Shown piece by piece: positions 58,810 through 64,000 of a stretch of DNA of 64,000 nt. The notes under the pieces are model-generated. The model was not told where the DNA came from and made no database searches. It was given only the letters and a program-made list of their open reading frames with translations. Both the position numbers and the translations under genes were made by a program. Source of the DNA: Eukaryota sp. TZLM1-RC (lineage: Eukaryota > Protista > Metamonada: BaSk clade); the NCBI GenBank assembly GCA_040285825.1, contig JAUPSS010000014.1, positions 128,337-192,336 of the forward strand, in the 5' to 3' direction. Numbering within the stretch: position 1 is the first letter of the stretch; each line of letters opens with the position of its first letter.

Positions 58810-60186
58810 TCAACGTCCTGGACGACCTCTAGATTTGTTTTTACATGCAGAACAGACAGATTCTCTAGTTTTCAACCCTAAATTATAAAAACTCTGTAAA
58901 ATAAATTCCTGCTCCAAAGTACTGGCCATTGAAGCATTTTCAGAGGCTTTTCTTAATTCATTCCTTTCTTTTTCTAAATCCAAATAACTTGAAAGTAACG
59001 TATTATACTTAGTTATTACTTCTTTCAGTTTCTCTTTATTAGTTTGGTAAGCAGAACAGACTTTTCCATATTTGATTTCCAATTGGTCAAAATTTGGATT
59101 TGAATTTTGTTGTTTTCCATTGTTTACATCAGTAATTTTCTGCTTTAATTGTTCATTTTCCTTTGATAAATCGTTGTTAGTCTTTTTTAATAATTCTATT
59201 TGATCCAAATATTCAGAATTTTGGACAATAGACTGTTCATATCTGACTTCCAGATCATCAAGGTCACGTGATAAACGGTCAAAAACCTCTTGATTAATTG
59301 AATCATATTGAACTTCCGTCTGCAACTCTTGATGAACACCACGTTTTTTTGATTTATATTGAAACAAATCAATTTCAGATTCTAAATTATGTTTTTCAAA
59401 AACTAAATTGTCAATTTTTTCCTTTAATAAATCTATTTCGCTTTCATAACCAAATTTTTCTTCACTTGTCAATCGGTCAACAGAAATCTCATGACATCGA
59501 CAATTATTGAGCTGATCTTCTAGAATATTGACCTTTTCAACAAGCGACTGATTGATTGATTCAAGTTGCTCGTTGGTGTTGTTCATCTCCTGTATATCAC
59601 TTTGAGCTTTATTAAAAGCCTTCTTCAACTCCTCGTGATCTCTAATCGTCACTGACATGTCAAACACTTGTTCTCTTAAATTTTTAACAGACTTTTTTAA
59701 TGGTCTGAGTTCAAGAACCTCACTTTCAAGATTAATACGCTTTTCCCTTTCACTTCTTAACATTTCTGTTAATGAATCGATTTCTTTGTTCTCCAATACC
59801 CTGGTTTGTGACTTGACAAGCATAGACTTGGTCAGAGGAGGAGATTGTTGAAAGGAGAGGTTTGAACAACGAGGAAGAGAAGGAGAGGAGGGGAGGGAGA
59901 CCGGAGAATCAGCAGGTTGAAGAAAGGACATGAGGGAAGCTTGAACATCAGAGGGTAAAGTTAAGATGTGACTGATGTTGGTGTGCTTTAAAGGTCCATT
60001 GATTGCAGTATGGAGAAGAGCGACAGCCAATGTGTAGGAATCATCAACATTATGTGGTGGTGTTGAAGAGGGATCAACTTTGCTCCATATAGAATTTAAA
60101 ATACTTGGATGTAGAAGATCATCAAGAGAATGTATTGTATGTGAGGTTTCTATAGAATTTATCCATATCAAGAGATGAGAAGACAT
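58810..60186 (-). CDS. Hook-like coiled-coil adaptor
   Basis: N-terminal L.WI.S CH-like domain ending I.TL...VQ..LM, long coiled coil, C-terminal EQEFI.QSFYNLG Hook-like motif. Confidence 0.65.
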   Translation of the reverse strand: MSSHLLIWINSIETSHTIHSLDDLLHPSILNSIWSKVDPSSTPPHNVDDSYTLAVALLHTAINGPLKHTNISHILTLPSDVQASLMSFLQPADSPVSLPSSPSLPRCSNLSFQQSPPLTKSMLVKSQTRVLENKEIDSLTEMLRSEREKRINLESEVLELRPLKKSVKNLREQVFDMSVTIRDHEELKKAFNKAQSDIQEMNNTNEQLESINQSLVEKVNILEDQLNNCRCHEISVDRLTSEEKFGYESEIDLLKEKIDNLVFEKHNLESEIDLFQYKSKKRGVHQELQTEVQYDSINQEVFDRLSRDLDDLEVRYEQSIVQNSEYLDQIELLKKTNNDLSKENEQLKQKITDVNNGKQQNSNPNFDQLEIKYGKVCSAYQTNKEKLKEVITKYNTLLSSYLDLEKERNELRKASENASMASTLEQEFILQSFYNLGLKTRESVCSACKNKSRGRPGR

Positions 60187-62247
60187 TCATTCATACAGAT
60201 GATGTCTACAACTAAGAAATAGGTGTCCTTTTTACACTGATGTGGAGGGACTGAGTTTTTGAGAGGTGGAAGATTTTCTTCTTGATACCGTTTTCTTTGA
60301 ACCTTCAAGGTATCTCCACCTTTTACATGTGCTTCCATCACTACCAACATATTCAGCGAAGCATTTCGATCTCTATTCCACAAACTTTCGCATGATTTAC
60401 ACATGGTAAGCCCGTGACGAATAGACATCTCATGCCTCTTCCATGGCCTAGGATTTCTGCACCATCGGAATGCTTCAACTGTTTTCTCCGCTTTCTTACA
60501 ATTGAAACAACATCAACTGGTTCGAAACTCATCAATCAAACAGACCTTATAACCAGCCTTTTTAAATAAAATTCTCAAACCTTTTCCTTTGGTAGGTTCT
60601 TTGAATTTCATGTGTTTTCGTTGTTCTCAGTCTCCAATTCCGATAACTACTTGGCTGGGATCACCAATTACTGATTTGAATCTCTGAATCATCTTTGCCT
60701 CAGATCTTGTGCGATTAATCTCAGCCCACCATCTTAGTTTCCTAAATATTTCTTGATAATAGACTTGACCAACAATACTATTCACATAATTCTTTTGTTT
60801 AATATACTCCATAAATCTATCAAACCTGCAGTTTTTGAAATTGAATTGGGATAAAGTCGCTTCCCATTCTGCTACAGATTTAGTTTTTGTTCATTGTTTC
60901 TCAAATTAAATGAGTAATCAATTTCGTGGGGAATATTGATTTCTTGAGGTACTTCACCTCTTAATAAACTAATTGTTCTTTCAGTCATTTGATTAATTAT
61001 ACTGCTGCTTAAATCCATCCTTTGTTGTTTCTCTTCAGATGGTTCATAATTGGATAGATCAATCACTCTACCAGAAGAGTTACTTATTGTGATAAGAGTG
61101 TCATTACGTATGATGTCTCTTATTCTTTTGAATTTGGAACTTTTCGATTCAAATCTTTGTTTTTATTGAGTGTACCTGAAATGAACATACTAATCTCTCT
61201 CAGGTTTTTTGAATGAGTCATTCTAGTAGCTAAATTGGCAGAAAAATAGAGTAGATCAGATTTACCTGGATTAGCAGCAGCAAGGGTCATATCATGAAAT
61301 TGAGAAGGATTGACATCATGGTCATCGATTTGTCTCCTACTTTCAATTCTTTTCCAGCTACCTAATTTCGTCTCAAGTCCATTCTAGATTGAATGAACGT
61401 TATTGCTACTCAATCAGTCTTTATGCTAGAGATGATGTACTTTGAACTTTCTAAATCAACTTGTGTTTTTGTGTTTTTTATCTCGTCCATTTTCAAATAG
61501 GTGTTCCAAAGATCCAAATCAGCAGCTTGATCATTACATTGATAAGACGACCTTTGACCAAGAATGTCCGTGAATTCGCCAAAGTACAAGTCCAATAAAC
61601 TTGTCTTGTCAATTCTAATATATGATGGAATACAAGAATTCTTCAAAGGCAGAGCATAAAAGAGTTTGCTCTTCTCAACTTCTGAATAGTTATTAATACA
61701 CAACAATGCTCTCAAACACAAACTTGATTTTGACAGAAAAATCTTTGAATATTTTTCCCTTTTAGTAGTAGGAAGTAAATGAGGGATACGGGTCATTAAT
61801 TAAAAGCGAACTAATCGACGAGACTTTTTTTTCTCATTTCAGATGTTTCACCATCAATAATTCTACATCCTTCTAGAAGTACAGATTTAATTGTACTAAT
61901 AAATGATGAAAAGTTTTTCTTATTCTGCTGTTTCAGAACGTTATTGTTTCTTTTTAGATTATAGAATACATCACCAAACCAATCCAAGTAATCAAGGTAA
62001 TGCTCTTGGATGGTATTTTAAAATTTGCAATCAGTTTGTCAATTGTGTAATACAAAATATTACTTATGCCTTGTTTTAATAAAACTTTTGTTTTTAAAAT
62101 GTTGGTGATAGAATTCCAACAATGGCGCAGAACGAAGATTTTGTAAAGATTTTGTTTTTGTTCTTGGGCTAAGGGAACTTTCCTCCTCACTTTGAGATGT
62201 CACCACAAGAAAAGCGTCACGAAATAATTGCTTTTCAATTTTGGTAA

Positions 62248-62898
62248 CCTTTGAGTCTGATGGTGTAATCAAAGTTGTTGAAGTTGTCACTGTTGATGTT
62301 TGTAAGGATTCAGCAATTGATTTTGCCGATAAAGATGAAACTCCGCTCTGCTTTGCTGAAAAGAGCCAAATCAAAAAGTGCAATGAACCCTTATCTCAGC
62401 TAGGATGTGTTGAGCATGTCAAGTATCAGCTGGTTCCATTTATTTGCTGTTTCTCTTTTTGGTGACATTGGAATTTCTGGCATTAAATTTCTCAAAGGTT
62501 TCAGAAGTTTATTAAAAGAAAGAACGGTAAAAGAATGGAACTTTAATTTCTGGCACAACAGAATTGTTTTCAGTATACTTAAAGCAATTCCCGAAATGAT
62601 AACCAAAGCACTGTTACAATTAGGTATAGAATACGAGAATCGCGCATTGAAAAGTTTTGATGATGATGATGCTTGTATTGAGGAAATTGAGTTCTAGTGA
62701 TGCTGTTAGGCAAATGAACACACGAAAGAAAGTGAGTAATCAAAGTTTATTAATAAAACTGATTCATAGACGAGTATCACGTCATCAGTCGAAATACAAC
62801 GAAACCTACTAAATCAATTTAAGTTCAACATCAACACTAGTATTTTTGTTTAATGTTTTGTTAGCGTTGAAAACAGAAAAGTGCGTAAGTAAAACAAC
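62248..62898 (+). mobile_element. 5'-truncated CRE-type element (fourth family) inserted in the Fanzor ORF
   Basis: VTVDVC, SLFGDIG and FWHNRIVFSILK RLE tail; flanked by TTTTGGTAA at 62239-62247 and 62899-62907. Confidence 0.8.
62698..62836 (-). repeat. Solo LTR of the 19664 family
   Basis: Similar to the reverse complement of 19664-19802 over 139 bp; 4-bp TSD CTAG on both sides. Confidence 0.9.
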
Positions 62899-63714
62899 TT
62901 TTGGTAAAATATTATTAGAGTGTAAGTCAAGAAGATGCAAATAATAACCACAAATGAATTCTAAACCAACAATAGAAATTTCCTGACACCTAATTACTGC
63001 CTCATCGATCACTTCAATCATTTTCGGATCTCTGATGACATTTTTTAGACTGTCCCTTTAACCATCATAAAATTTATGTTTAACAGTTTCCATAAATTGG
63101 TCATTGTTGAAGAAAATAAATAATTTCATGGTTAAATCTGTATCCCCCAGACAATAAACTGCTACTGCAGTTCTTCTTTGGGATAAGAAAAATCTGAGAA
63201 GGAATCATCTCCTTGAACCTTCCAATACGTTGCAATATACTGAGGCTCAAGGTCAATTTTATTTTCCATTAATAGAATTTTAGAAACTGTGTTTAGTTTG
63301 CGTGGTTCATAATAATTTCTGTAAATACTAAAAGTATTAACAACAAATCGACCAGCAATAAATAGCTTCAAGTGTTTGTGATTCAATTCTATTAAATTTG
63401 TAGTATAGAATTGAATTCATTCACTAGCATCGATTTCATCTTTAAAAAAGTCCTCATTTTCAGAACGTTTCATAAAATGTGGGGTGCTAAATTGGACAAT
63501 ACTGAAACCACATATTATATGAGATTGTAAGTTTCTAGTAATTGTTTAAATGAACTTAGCAACTCATTTTCGGAGGAATGATGATAAATCTTGGTTCTCT
63601 AAGATAAGATCTGAACAACAAATAGCCAAAAATAATAATGACCCTTTATTCGAAAATGCAATTCTAGATGAAAACAGTCAAAATTAAAAAATAATCAGAA
63701 TAAAATTTTAATTT

Positions 63715-64000
63715 CAATTAGCCTCAGGAAACAGACACTGTTATTAGTACAGGGTTTAGTGTTAATCTGGCCACCCCAACAAGAACGTTTTTAGACAAAC
63801 TGTCCAAAAGTGATTTTTACTGGGTCAAAATGAGAAAGAACCATATAAATCATGTCCAGAGTTGTTCAATTTGTCAAAAAACGGCTCCAGTAAAAAGATC
63901 TAAAACACCTTCCACAGGATCTCTATGGGCAGATCGTCCGTTTGTAAGATTGAAAGTCGATACAATTGGACCCCTGAACACCGACAACGAAGGAAACAAA
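63715..64000 (+). mobile_element. Ty3/Gypsy integrase fragment running off the window
   Basis: DFYWVKMRK...CSICQKTAP...GSLWADRPF.RL.VDTIGPL, paralleling the integrase at ~26800-27000. Confidence 0.85.

Larger units (their letters stand above)
60203..63660 (-). mobile_element. Full-length decayed Fanzor with an upstream in-frame PolB-exonuclease-like domain
   Basis: SLKNVI..EAVIRC, LPL.NS.IP.YIRID, IKTD, AANPGKSDLL, FRKLRWW.EINR.RSE, IGD*EQ..MKFKEPTKGKG, DEFRTS, NPRP, HGL.MC..C..LWNRDRNASLN. Confidence 0.9.

Noticed and set aside
60194-60202. TA|CAG as a Tc1-like end for the 60-kb Fanzor
   Set aside because: Similarity with the 49327 and 46674 copies stops at 60203, so these bases are flank.

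Overview
AT-rich, gene-dense, almost intronless eukaryotic DNA, most likely a protist (inference; the lineage cannot be fixed from the sequence). About 18 host genes are present: Rpn3, an RRM/UHM protein, nucleoplasmin-FKBP, SLC35F, Pat1, a SUC/SLC45 transporter, a CUB-repeat surface protein, PMI, Trm9-like methyltransferase (31-nt intron), syntaxin-6, CYTH, Rpc25, M1 aminopeptidase, a Cys-rich membrane protein, Misato, Pus3, Hook and hypothetical proteins. They are interleaved with nested, mostly decayed transposons: several CRE-type RLE non-LTR retrotransposon families, chromovirus-like Ty3/Gypsy elements, two ~1.1-kb gag-only LTR elements, a solo LTR and a hAT deletion derivative. The most unusual content is five or six Fanzor (eukaryotic TnpB-like) relics. 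In two independent copies a family-B DNA polymerase 3'-5' exonuclease-like domain lies directly N-terminal to the Fanzor, and at ~63.1 kb it is in the same reading frame. Three copies of one family end with a shared terminal motif 12, 12 and 16 nt upstream of a co-oriented host start codon. All calls come from manual motif reading; no searches were run.
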